Below, one piece after another: positions 19,401 to 30,700 of a DNA stretch of 64,000 nucleotides. This DNA is from Candidatus Melainabacteria bacterium 17Bon1m (lineage in GTDB: Bacteria > Cyanobacteriota > Vampirovibrionia > Obscuribacterales > Obscuribacteraceae): assembly GCA_032128875.1 (NCBI GenBank), contig JAVLKG010000009.1, forward strand, positions 64,001 through 128,000, written 5' to 3'. Within the stretch, counting starts at the first letter, position 1; each line of letters opens with the position of its first letter. The position numbers and the translations under genes are program-made. The notes below the pieces were generated by a model. It worked only from the letters and a program-made list of their open reading frames with translations, had not been told where the DNA came from and did no database searches.

Positions 19401-21660
19401 CGGCAGCTCCGTTAATGAGCAAGGCCGCAAATTCGCCTGTGCTTACGCCGACAATTGACGATGGTTCGACACCAAGATTTTTCAGCAGTTGATACATCGA
19501 CCATTCAGCAAGAAGCACCGTAACAACTGCGCTGTCCATGCTGGCAAGCAGCGCTGCCGTGACCTGCGGACCCGGGCGACCTGGCTTTGTGACGCCGAAC
19601 AATTTTGTGCTCGGCAATATTGAATGAAGCTCGCTGAATGGACGCGTTTGCTTGTCAGGATGCGAATAAGTCAACGACATCTGATCGATGTAGTCGAATG
19701 CCATGCGCACATCAGGGAAGTGCATGCACAAGTCTTTGAGCATGTTGGGATAGGCGGCGCCAAGCCCCGGCAGGACATAGGACAACTTGCCCTGGGTAAT
19801 GGTGTTTTTGCCGGTGAGGTAAATATTGTCGGTGACCTGACCGGTCGAATGGGCATGCAAATGACCTATCGCTGTGAGAAGCTCTTCTCGCAAGTCGCGT
19901 ACAGATTTTGCGACAATCGCCAGGCGATAGGGTTTTGCCTCGGCTTTTTTACTCAGGCTGTAAGCCAGGTCACGCAAGAATAGCGGTCTTTTCTCATTAG
20001 ACAGACGGCTGTCGATCAATTTGATTGTGTTTTGCACCTGAGAAATCAAATCGTCGTTGTTGTTGCCGCTGAAAACGACCAACTCAGTGTCCCACTCTTT
20101 GATCAGTGCAGGACGTTGGCTTTCGTCTTTGTCATCGTGTTCTTCGACGATGACGTGTGCGTTGACGCCCCCAAAACCGAAGGCGCTTACAGCAGCGCGA
20201 CGCGGTTCTACGGTGGTTTTTAAATCTGAATCTTCAACGCTCACACTGGGATGAACTTTCGGGTGAATCCAAGGGCGAGTCTGCGTGCTGATGTGGCAGG
20301 GGTGTTTCGTCCAATCGGTTGTTTTACTCTCAGACATGACATTGAGGGTCGGGGGCAAAACACGATGATAGAGCGAGAGTGCTGCTTTGATTAAGCCCGC
20401 CATGCCACTGGCTGCTTGGGTGTGCCCGATTTGAGATTTGACGGAACCAAGGGCGATCCAGCCAGCTTCTTTGCCGCTTTCTTTGCCTGTCTCTTTGCCT
20501 GCATTTTTACCGCCTTCGCCAGTCATTAGCTCGCCTGCGGCGCCGTAAGTCTCTCTTATCGCCTGCAATTCTGCTGAATCACCGGCGGGGGTGCCTGTGC
20601 CGTGTGCTTCAATCAAGCCGATTGTTTTGGGCGAAATCTGTGCATCTTCGAATGCACGTCGAATTGCCAGGCTTTCGCCTTCGTGCGATGGTGCCAGGAG
20701 ACTGGTTCCGTGTCCGTCGCTGGATGAGCCGACGCCGCGAATGATGGCGTAAATGCGATCGTTGTTTGCCAGAGCTTCTGAATAGCGTTTTAAAACAACG
20801 GCGCCGATACCTTCACCGAGTATGGTGCCATCGGCATTTTGATCGAAAGGGCGAATTTCTTGACTGGGCGATAGTGCTGTCAGCGCGCAGAACATCTGGT
20901 AAAAACACGCGAACGAATTGATGTGAATTCCACCGGCAAGCGCCACGTCGCAAGCGCCGGTGCGCAAGTCGCGCACTGCTGTTTCTACTGCAATGAGTGA
21001 CGAAGCGCAGGCCGCGTCGAGCAGTAAGTTTTTTCCTTTGAATCCCAGGCGTTGTGCAATTCGTCCAGCCAGCAAGTTTGGCATGACACCAGGTACGGTG
21101 TCTGAATTGGTGGGCGGCAGCGAGCCGTGAAGTAATTCTGCAAGATGGCGAATATCGTCGTGAGATATTTCCGGATGCAATTTTTTTACTAGCGACAACA
21201 TCTGATCAACAGTCTGACCCTGCTGGATCATTGTCATCGCGCCTTGTCCGGGGGCCGATGTTCTTCCGAGGATGACCTCGCCCTTTTCTAAAGCAGTCGG
21301 TAAATTCTCGTACCCTGCGTCCGCCATCGCTTCTACAGCGACGCGTAAAGCGAGAAACTGATCAGGGTCGGCGCCGTGAACAGCGCGTGGCATGACGCCA
21401 TATTTCAGAGGATCGAAGTCGGCCAGTTCGGTGACAAAACCACCGCGCACGCAATAGATTTTCTTGAAGTCCGATCCGGCAGGATTTTGATATCTGATCG
21501 TCTCCCACTCTTGCTCGTTGGGCTCCCTCAGGCAGTCGCGACCGGCAAGAATATTGCCAAAGAAAGGCGCCAAACCCGGCGCCATCGGAAATAAGCAGGA
21601 CATGCCGACGATTGCGATTGGTTCCGTCTGCTTATGAGTATCGTTTTTTGTCTCAGGCAT
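16420..21660 (-). CDS. PUFA-synthase-like type I PKS subunit B: KS-AT-DH-PPTase
   Basis: KS motifs DAACASS, EAHGTGT and KSQIGHT; AT GVSTGE and PYHTP; DH LKDHAIG and DPLLLD; C-terminal Sfp-type PPTase (WLLGRIAAK, SITH, GIDYE, WAAKEA..KA.GTG). No ACP motif seen. Confidence 0.92.
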   Translation of the reverse strand: MPETKNDTHKQTEPIAIVGMSCLFPMAPGLAPFFGNILAGRDCLREPNEQEWETIRYQNPAGSDFKKIYCVRGGFVTELADFDPLKYGVMPRAVHGADPDQFLALRVAVEAMADAGYENLPTALEKGEVILGRTSAPGQGAMTMIQQGQTVDQMLSLVKKLHPEISHDDIRHLAELLHGSLPPTNSDTVPGVMPNLLAGRIAQRLGFKGKNLLLDAACASSLIAVETAVRDLRTGACDVALAGGIHINSFACFYQMFCALTALSPSQEIRPFDQNADGTILGEGIGAVVLKRYSEALANNDRIYAIIRGVGSSSDGHGTSLLAPSHEGESLAIRRAFEDAQISPKTIGLIEAHGTGTPAGDSAELQAIRETYGAAGELMTGEGGKNAGKETGKESGKEAGWIALGSVKSQIGHTQAASGMAGLIKAALSLYHRVLPPTLNVMSESKTTDWTKHPCHISTQTRPWIHPKVHPSVSVEDSDLKTTVEPRRAAVSAFGFGGVNAHVIVEEHDDKDESQRPALIKEWDTELVVFSGNNNDDLISQVQNTIKLIDSRLSNEKRPLFLRDLAYSLSKKAEAKPYRLAIVAKSVRDLREELLTAIGHLHAHSTGQVTDNIYLTGKNTITQGKLSYVLPGLGAAYPNMLKDLCMHFPDVRMAFDYIDQMSLTYSHPDKQTRPFSELHSILPSTKLFGVTKPGRPGPQVTAALLASMDSAVVTVLLAEWSMYQLLKNLGVEPSSIVGVSTGEFAALLINGAADVLETAPVFYRLSTGVANAVPIAELAKLRSIKVTGDWDKIEPIIKSLPHTVYLGADLSPKQMLLSGTVDAIVAAKKAIQEAGYEVLPLPIAIPYHTPLVEGKVSAGDDAVKAVTVSKPKIPTWACSLIDKYPDDTEAIRKITTELFTHPIHFKKTIRAMHDEGTRIFVEVGPRGGMTPVIDEVLEGREYVAIASNLQNESGITQLNRTLASLYCHAVPLTLDYLFSRRAELIDLNPDSKPAKSTSMHLSLKYPEIELSERPNLPSIQHDTSRANEYFASSRTEDINTPDLPYPGEMPQADQPAEVQAQPLEEDPFAVIDAVMDNYIKTLESFHTNIMQVQAQIFSQFFTTKEHKDPNLIEYDVHDVTDSNQNPTAPAGFETTPPLMPGSYQLTSHMFSRLPAFMESSYIINCAPDEIEILLPLTLDSHRYLKDHAIGGPVRFGMGPSLNNPQSEDERVHLLPLTVAIEMMCEAASLVSGGQIVTAVENIRAMRRIRVGQEGVWLLVFAKREAKGTTAGLKVVRQDEWLSLAGGGEHYSGQHRLDTADMTAQIVLGRERSSGMSKNPAPADGRPPIISEKQLYVEGNMFHGPRMQSVVRIESVGKREITGIVSSRVAEDWFGQTIPYATRMNPPFIADPLLLDNSTQLVLFHLYEHQENCTALLPFHVQSLTLYKPLGEVQGDVRVFAKLRSISDRGTEADVEISTLDGQLIAEFESISSRRIALSQTLKDFVREPGQNLVAAPLNPPSLPAQIASEIGVAYIKNGDIPDDETVATWLSDYFLTGVEQQYMGDFITRRERKREWLLGRIAAKDAMRRLYQTTFGASLPPLELNVLPAQNGAPCVQSHYLQMRGISTQVSITHKDGYAIGIARFVKGNASNFGIGIDYEPYSVREEGIERLILNDDEKHFLSGVTADARNQILTRIWAAKEASAKACGTGIGGNPTKWTVQSMQRNNDGWVASVLSPSKITGQEFQLTVFERDEFDGVFAVAILI

Positions 21661-21694
21661 TTTTCGCTCCAGGTACTACCTGGTACGCAAGCGC

Positions 21695-21744
21695 GTAAGG
21701 GCGATGCCATACATCGCGCTGGCGACGCATGGCGTCGCCCCTAC
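21695..21744. repeat. Paired REP-like palindromes between the two PKS genes
   Basis: GTAAGGGCGATGCCATACATCGCGCT followed by GGCGACGCATGGCGTCGCCCCTAC. Confidence 0.7.
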
Positions 21745-21752
21745 AGGTGAAC

Positions 21753-24700
21753 TTACTTGGGAATAGCTGCACTTGCGGATTGATTAGCAAGGCGATTGAG
21801 GGATTTGCTTCCGATGCCGCCCAGTCCTTCGATTACGAAGGCGAGGACACCAGATTTAGTATAGACCGCAACGTCGCATGTCAGCTCGCGCGCGGTTGTG
21901 CCGGGCGTGATGAACACTCTTGCGAAGTAGCTGTCTTGCAGGAGCAGGTCGCGATCGCCGATGTGCAGCTTCTTGAAGCCGGTCGGCAAAACGGTTATAT
22001 CAAGGAATTGACGTGCCCAGACTCCCGCCAGTTGCATGGCGCTGTCCAAGAGAATCGGGTCGATGGTCCACTCGTTGCTGCCGGTGCTTCTGCTCAAGCA
22101 CTCTTGCGGGCGGGATGCTTTCAGTTCGCCAACGATGCCTTCTTCGCCGAGCGCTGTGATGCTGGTGATGCCCTGGAAGCGCGGACCGTGGAACATGAAG
22201 TCCTTATAGACGATCTGGCGAGTTGGCAATGGCGAAATCGACTTGATGTCCTGTCCGATGCCGGCCAAGGTTGCGGTGCTCGGGACAAACGCTGGAATAT
22301 TGATCAAACCGCTCAAGCGGTGAGCAACACCATTGCCGTTTGCGGGCAGGCTGCTCAATTCAAAAGACGTTTTGAAGTGTTGGCGCTTGTTGCCGGTGAT
22401 GACGGTAGTTTCGACTGTCGTTGTTTGACCGACGGTTTCAACCTTGCGAGCACTTACTGTGAGCGTTTTGGAGGCACTGTCGAAAACAATACCTGCGGGA
22501 ATTTCCAGGCGGTTGACGCCGGTCATTTTCGCGTCAGGGCATACCGACTGCGCTGCCTCAGCCATCATCTCCAGCGCCATCGCCATCGGCATCACAGGGA
22601 CGCTGTCGAAAGTGTGGTCCTGAAGGTAGAGGTCGACGTCGGGACTGAGAACAGACTCGAATTCATAAGACGCGTCGTCGATTTGTCGAGTGAAAGCGTC
22701 AGACAGGCGAACCATCTTATCTGTGGGGATGCCCTTAGATACTGGCAGTTGCGCCACAATCACCAACTCGGCTTCGTCCTTGCGACCATACAGAAGATCG
22801 TCGACAAAGGCTTTGCGTCCGGCTGCAGGCGCAATCATCGCCCAGCCGTACTTGGCAAAGAGCGATTCTAATTCGGGCTGTGCCATACCTGCGTTCCATG
22901 GTCCCCACATAAGCGAGGCCACGCGGGCGTTGGATTTCTTGTTGAGCCAAACAGCAAGTTTGTTAAGCGTTTCATTCGCGCTTACATAATCGGATTGACC
23001 AGCATTACCGGTACGTCCGACCACAGAGGAGAAAAGGAAGAAGAACTTCAAATCAGGCTGTGCTGCCAGTTTGCTCAATGTCTTAGCGCTGTTGATTTTG
23101 GTCGTGAAAACGCGTTCGAAAGATGCCTGTTGTTTCTCTTTTACAAATGCATCTTCAATAACTCCGGCACCGTGGATGATGCCATCGATTTTGCCGAACT
23201 CTGCATTTATAAGATCGATCGCTTCTTCGAGTGCGGATTCATTGCGGACATCTACAGGCAAGTACTCAACCTTGGAGCCTGCTGCACGCATGGCTTGCAG
23301 GTTATCTCTGATTTCGCGATCGCGAATCAGCTTTTGATATTGCTGTTCGACTATCGCAATGCTGACTTGCTCGCCTTTGTCTTTCAAATGACTCATGATG
23401 GCGGCCTTGATGTCGCGCATCGAAGTCAAACCAGCCGTATAGTCCGGCTCTGCTTCAGGCTCTGGCGTGCGACCGAGCAATACCAGTTGTGGCTGGAATT
23501 TTTCCGCGAGGTCCAATGCGATTTCCGCTGTGATACCGCGAGCACCACCGGTGATGACTATAACCGTAGACGAGTCGATGGTTATTTGTTGTTGGCGGTG
23601 CTCTGTGTCTGAGTCAGAATCGATGTTTGTGATTTTGACATCAAGCCCGATGCGGGTCGTGCCGTTGTTGACATAACCAATCTCGACGCGCTTGTTGGCG
23701 GCAACTGCTGTGTTAGAATCGCCGCCGTCGTTGGCTTCGAATTCTTCTTGCGCGTCCATTTCGCGAATAACGATGGATGCAATCTGCGAGCCAGTCATCG
23801 ACTCTTCAAAGTCGATAGCTTTGGCGCGCACGATCGGCCATTCCTTGGCCAGGCACTTCATAAACCCTGAGATGCCGGCTCCCCAGATGCGGTCTGGTGA
23901 GGTGGAAGTCTCGATGTTTAGTCCTGCGGAATTCGATCCGAAGGCTCCACCCAATTTGCTGGCGCTTGTGATTGTCGCGATGCCCTTGTGTGCGGGATCG
24001 TTCAAATCAGCATAAGCAGCCTTTGCAAAGTTGAGCAAAGTCATAGTCGCGGCCGGCGGGGTGCTGCCGGTGATTGCGACATCAGCCTTGTTGAGAGGCT
24101 GGAGGTTGATAATCCTGGCGACCTTGCCGTGGCTCTTTCTTACCGATTCGAGCACCGACTTAACTGCATCAAACGAGGTGGCATCCAGCTCGCATGCGCC
24201 GTTGTTGATCTTCAATCCGTCTTTAGTGTTGGCGACGTGGCGAATTACTACGCACTTTTCACCGCGCGCCGTCAGGGACTTTCCCACTTCCTGCCAGGCG
24301 TCTCCTTCATCAGCGATGATCAAGTCGATGCTCCCGGCGGGTACCTTTGTTGGTTGCAGAACGGCTGCGGCGAGTTCGGAAACTTCAACCGTGGCGCGCT
24401 GGATATTGTGCCCGCTGGCACTTTCCTTGCGGGTAGAGAACGCTGTTTGGGCTGTTTGCGTAGCGGCAGCAGCGACCAAAACCGGTGCTTTTTCTACCGC
24501 GCCATGCCCGTTGCCGTTTCCATTTCCGTGTCCATTGCTGCCGTTGCCAGTTTCTATAATGCCGGCTGTAGCATGAATGATGTCGAGGTTGTGACCGGCA
24601 CCATTGCCATTTCCATTGGCTCCGTTGGAACTAATAGATCCATTCGAACCGTTTCCATTCAAACCGGCAGTATGCGCTCCGTTGGAACCATTAGTTCCAG

Positions 24701-27700
24701 CTACTTCTGCCAGTTCTGCCATTATTGCGGCACCATTGACGTTCGCATCGGATTTCGCGGCTGGCACGCTGGTTTCTGTGCCGGTATCGCCGGTCGCTTC
24801 TGAATTGATCCAGTCGATAATCCCCTTGAGGGTCTTAGTTCCAGCCAACTGCTCCAGTCCGCCTTCCAACTCGCGCTGTTTGGCTTCAGGCAAAATCTTG
24901 CGGAAACTGTTGAGGATTTCTACTCTCTTAATTGAATCAATACCGAGGTCGGCTTCGAGGTCCAGCTCGGGGTCGAGCATTTCAGGCGGGTAGCCTGTGC
25001 GCTGACTGACAATCTCGAGCAGCTCTTCAACGAGCTTTTCGTTAGAAATAGTCTCGACTGGCGCTGCCGCTTCAACGGGTGAAGCAGAACCATTTACTGG
25101 CGCTGCTGTCGCAACGGCATCAGCGGTGACCGCAGCGACAGGCAATTCGGAATGAGAATTGTTGTGTGCGATGTGTCCGTTGTTTCCGTTATGTCCGTTA
25201 TGTCCGTTATGTCCGTAGTGTCCATTATTGCCGTTGCCATTGCTCTCGATTGTGAGTGGCGCGGTTTCAAGAATTTGCGGTGCTACATGTCCATTGCCCT
25301 GCGTGTACTCGGGTTGAGCATATTGGGCTTGGACAGCGGGTTGAACGTACTCGGTGTACTGCGCTTGCGTGTATGGTTGCTGAGCAAATTGCTGTTGAGC
25401 AAATTGCGGCTGACCATATTGCGGTGGCGCAATCGGTTGTCCAAACTGCGGCTGAACATATTGCTGCGGCGCGTAAGGCTGTTGGAATTGAGGCTGCGCG
25501 AACTGTTGAGGCGGCACAACGCCCGCTTTTGTCGCCAGGTAAGCGCTCATCACTTGCTGCTGAGTGCGCAGGAAGCTGTTGGTCATCTCCAACATTGTTT
25601 GTTGGAATTGAACCATCACCTGGTCCATATTGCCGTTGGCAGCCGGTCTCGGCATCGCTTGAGGCTGCGGATAACCTTGCGGAGCGTTGTAAGCCGCTGG
25701 GGCTTGCGGCGCTCTTGGTGCTTGGTTGGTCGGTGGGATAGGAGGGGTAGATGCAGTCATTCTGGTTGCGGATTCCTTCGCTGCCGGATTTACTGGTTTG
25801 GCGCCACTTCCGTTAAATGGATTTGGTGCCTGGGTCTGATTGAGTTGACCCGATTGAGAGGTTGTATGAGTTTGTGGTTGAGAAACTGGTGGTTGCGCCG
25901 CAGGACGAGCTTGCGGTTGACCGGCCGATTGGGTTTGTGCAGTTTGCGACGGCTTGAGAGCCGGTGCAGAACCTCCTTGTGCTGCCGTATTTATTGAACC
26001 TGCCGCAGAAATGGAAGCGGTTGGTGCTGGTGCTGCGCTTGAAGGAGCGAGAGTTGATGGTTTTGGAGCGACTCCATAGCGCGTGATGTTGGCGCTGTCG
26101 ATCGAGTAGAGCAGTTTTGGCTTGCCGTTGGCGCCGGTAGTCGATTGATCTGCCAGTGCTGGAAGTTGTTCGATGCGACCTTCGTAAAGAACGCGAGCAT
26201 CGAAGTCCACGCCGTGAGCCCAGAGTTGAGCGAGCGTGTTGAGCAATTGCGTGATGCCGTTTTTGCCAGAGCGGTCGATTGCGACTGCCAGGTGTGGGCT
26301 GTCTTGAAGAATTGAAGATGTGAGGTTTGTCAGCACTGAGCCTGGACCAACTTCGATGAAGTAGTAGGCACCATCGGCATGCATGCGTTTGATTTCCGAC
26401 ACGAAATCCACAGGTTTGACGATGTGCTCAGCCAGGCGATTGACGAATTCTTCCGCCGAATCCGTGTAGGTACTGGCGTCGCTATTTGAATAGACAGGAA
26501 TTTTGGGAGCGCTGAAGGCAATCTGTTGCAGAGCTTCTTTGAGCGGCTGCTTGGCGTGTTCCATATATTGAGAGTGGAACGCTTGCGAAACAGCGATCGT
26601 GCGAGCTGCAATTTTTTGGTTTTTAAACTGCGAGACAGCATCGTTGACGGCATCAGTCGCGCCGGAGATAACACACTGATTTGGTGCGTTGATATTGGCA
26701 AGGGTGATACCACGCATGGTGCCGAGCAGTTTTTCAACTTCCTGACGTTCTGCGGTTACGGCTGCCATCGTGCCATCATTCTCAACCTTGGCGGTGAGCA
26801 AGCGACCACGCAATTCGGAAATACGAATCAAGTCTTTTAGATTGAGCGCACCAGCCGCATAGAGAGCAACATACTCTCCGTAGCTGTGTCCGGCGGCGCA
26901 GTCGGCTTTGATTCCGAGTTGGCTCATTAAATTGAATGCGGCGACTCCAGCAGCACCAACGGCCGGTTGGGCAATGCGGGTATCGGTGAGTTCTTGTTGA
27001 TACTTCTCTTCTGCTTCTTTCGTAAATGCCGGCGGCGGGAAAATGTACGATTTGAGGGAGCGAGGCAGAACACCTTGCAATGCTTCGTTTGCTTGCTCGA
27101 ATGTTTTGCGCACGGTTGGAAATGCAACCGAAAGATCGGACAGCATATTGATTTGCTGCGAACCTTGACCCGGGAAAAGGAAGGCTATCTTCTTTGTGCT
27201 CTGGTTCGAACTCTGGCTGTTTTCGCCTGGGGGCGATTCTTCGGTCTTCTCTTTAAAGAAGATGCCGCGAGGATCTTTGAATTCTGTTTTTTGCGGGCTG
27301 AGCAAGTCGCTTTGTGCACGCTTCAGTTTTTCGATCAAATCGTTGTAGCCGTCTGCGACTACAGTGAGGCGGCAAGTATTGGCAGCCGACTTAGCCGAAG
27401 GTTTGACTTGCGATTTGAGGAATTCTTTGTGGGCAAACCTGGTGAAACCGCCGGGCGTATTTGATGCCGCATCGGCTTGCGCGCGTTTTACTTGTTCTAA
27501 AAGCTGCTGAACGGACTTGACCATGTCCATTCTTGCTGCTGTAGATAAGGTGAATAACTCTGACGGCCACTCGGTTTTGCAAGGCTCTTCTTTAATAGCA
27601 ACAGCAGGCTCGTACTCTTCCAAAACACAGTGGAAGTTTGTGCCACCAAAACCGAATGCGCTCACGCCGGCGCGGCGCTGATGCTGCTCTGTACCAGGCG

Positions 27701-30700
27701 CATGCAGCCACGGGCGCACTTCGCTATTAATATAGAACGGGCTGTTTTCGAAGTCGCAGCTCGGGTTTGGAACAGTGACGCCGTTTGTCGGTGGCAAAAC
27801 TTTGTGGTGCAAAGCTTTAGCAACCTTGATCATGGAAGCCAATCCGGCGGCCGCTTTTGTGTGACCGATCATTGTCTTCACGGAGCCGACTGCGCAATTG
27901 CGTTTTTCGGCGCCGGAGCGCTCGAACACTTGTTTTAACGCTTCAATCTCGGCCCTGTCTCCGGCTACAGTACCAGTACCGTGGGCTTCGACCAGACCGA
28001 CTGTGGAGGGGTTGACTCCGGCATCTTCGTAGGCGCGATTGAGAGCAAGCATTTGACCTTCCGGTCTTGGTGCGGTCAAGCTGAGATCGCGACCGTCGCT
28101 GGAGCCGCCCACGCCTTTGATGAGAGCATAGATTCTGTCTCCATCACGCTCCGCGTCTTCAAGACGTTTTAGCACGAGCATGGCAACGCCTTCGCTGATG
28201 ACGATACCATCGGCGTTGGCGTCGAATGTGCGGCATCTTCCTTGTTTGGAGAAAGCATGTGTCTTGCTGAAGCTCAAGAAGTCGCCTGGTTGATTGTGCG
28301 TATCAACGGCGGTGAGGAAGACTACATCGCTGGTTCCGGAGCGCAATTCTTGCACTGAAGTGTAGAGCGCGGCGAGCGAAGAAGCGCATGCAGCGTCGAT
28401 AGAGAAGTTGACTCCACCCAGGTCGAAGCGGTTAGCAACACGACCGGCGGCGACGTTGCCGAGATATCCTGCGAACGAATCTTCGGTCCATTCGGGCAAG
28501 ATGTCGGCGATTTGATTCTTCGCTTTTTCATCGAGGTGAGCGAGTTTCCAGCCCAACATCGAGCGCAGTGACATCAGCGCTGTCACTGGACCGTGACCGG
28601 CATTGGCGAGAATTACAGATGTTTTCTTTCGGCCGAAGGCGCGGTTTTTGTAACCGGCATCTTCGAGCGCGCGGTCTGTGATCTCCAAAAGCATAAGTTG
28701 CATTGGATCGATCGAATTCAAACTGCTTGGCGGAATGCCGTACTTCGTAGGATCGAAAGTAATTGGTTGGAGGAAGCCGCCCCATTTCGAGACAATTCTG
28801 TCGCGAGCAAGCGGATTTTCGTCGTAGTAGTTGCGCCAATCCCATTGCTCGATGGGCACTTCTTCGATGGCGTCTACCTTGTTGAGGATGTTATTCCAAT
28901 ATTCGTTAAGGTCTTTTGCCTTGGGGAACATGCAAGACATGCCGACAATGGCGATATTGTCCCAACCGTCGCGGCGTGGTCTCGGGTTTTCTCCGACCGC
29001 TACATGAACTGATTTTTCTTCTGTCGAACCAGAAACAGCTGCAAAACCTTGAGTTGATTCGGCATCAGCAGTCACAGTTGCTTGTTTCAAGATTTCCAGG
29101 CCGCCTTTCGAAACAGACTGGTGCAATTCTTCAATCGACAAAACGCGCTCATGCATCGAGGCGACTTGCCCGATCATGTACATGCCGTCTTGCCATTGCT
29201 CGTCTTTGGAAACTTCAACCAATTTTTTGCTGGACGCAATTTCTTTGTTTTGCTCTTCTGAGTCCGCAACTTCTTTAGGGCCGGATTCAGCAGTAGATTC
29301 ATTTTGAATTTCTGTGAGAAGCAACTGGCGAGTCACTGTTTTTTCGCTCGGACGCGTTACGCCTTTGCTTGCGATACGCAGTCTGCCGAGGTTCATCAGC
29401 TCTAGTTCTTCGCGGACTTCGTCTTTTGTTTTATTCGCTAAAACCAGCTCCACTCGTTTGTCATCAAAAATACGCTTGTAAGGCGAGTTGATGCATCGGA
29501 TCGCGTGTCCGGGGCCAGTCTCCAACAAAACAGTTTCGTTGCAGGCAAGCGCAGCTTCCTGGAATTTTTCGACGATGGCACCGCTCTCGACTGCTTCTTT
29601 TGTAAAAAGATACGCAGTGCCGATGAGAACTCCGACTTTCATGCCGCGCTCGGTGAGCGGGGCCGTCATTGCTGCGACCATTGCAGCGGAAAGTCCATCG
29701 TGAATGCCGCCGGCCATAAGAATATGCAGCTTGGCGATTTCAGCTTTGGGCAATTGAACATTGGAGAGAATGTCCACCATCTGTTCCCAAAGAACGAAGC
29801 TAGAACGCGGACCAACGTGGCCGCCGCACTCTCTGCCTTCGAAGATGAAGCGGCGAGCGCCCATCTCGATGAATGAGGAGAGCAGAATTGGAGACGGAAC
29901 GTGCAAGTAAGTAGCGATGCCCGTATCTTCGAGCGACTTCGCTTGATCCGGTCTGCCGCCGGCAATAAGAGCGAACGGCGGTTTATGCCTGTTGATGACG
30001 GCAAATTGCTCTTGTCTCAACTCTTGCGGAACGAAGCCCAAAACCCCGACACCCCAGGGTTTGTCTGCGAGCAATTCTTTGGTTTTTGCAACAAGCACTT
30101 CTGCTTCGTCGCCGCGCATGAGCGCTAAGGCGAGGAAAGGAAGTCCGCCACCCTCGGCGACTTTGAGTGCGAATTCCGCGGTGTCGCTGACACGGGTCAT
30201 GGCACCTTGGACAATCGGATACTGAGTTTTATGTGACTCGGCAAGACCACCGTTTGGCTTGAATGCTTCTTGCTCAGCGGCGAGAGCACTCAGTCTGGCT
30301 GCGGATTCTTTGATAGCTTCGATGATACCGGCGGTCGAAACATATTTTTCTGCAAGACCTTTCGCCAGAGTGATGTCCTGACCAACTGCCAGAATGATGT
30401 CTTCGCGCTTGAGTTCAGCTGCGTTTTCATCACGCTTTTGACCTGGCGCAGGCAAGTATTTGCTCAAGTCGCAAAGCGAGGTGAGCGTCGAATGGTCATC
30501 GTTGATTGGGTGACCCTGACGAGCGAAAAATCTGATTTTCTTGCCGCCTTCTGCGGGCATGCTGGAGATCTCGGTACCATCCATGGTGGCAATGCGTTGT
30601 TTGGTCTCGGTGGACAATGCTGACTCGCGTGAGAGCAGCAATTGAGAATCGAGGACTACGCCACTGGCGCCGGCTGCGTAGCAAGCAGCTGCCGAGTAGA

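Noticed and set aside
21729-22871. 380-aa plus-strand ORF, and similar ones at 23988 and 25152
   Set aside because: They lie antisense to PKS-A domains with clear motifs and have no recognisable protein features.
25170-25235. 9-bp tandem repeat as a possible CRISPR or contingency locus
   Set aside because: It is an in-frame coding repeat (GHN) with no spacers and a unit length divisible by three.
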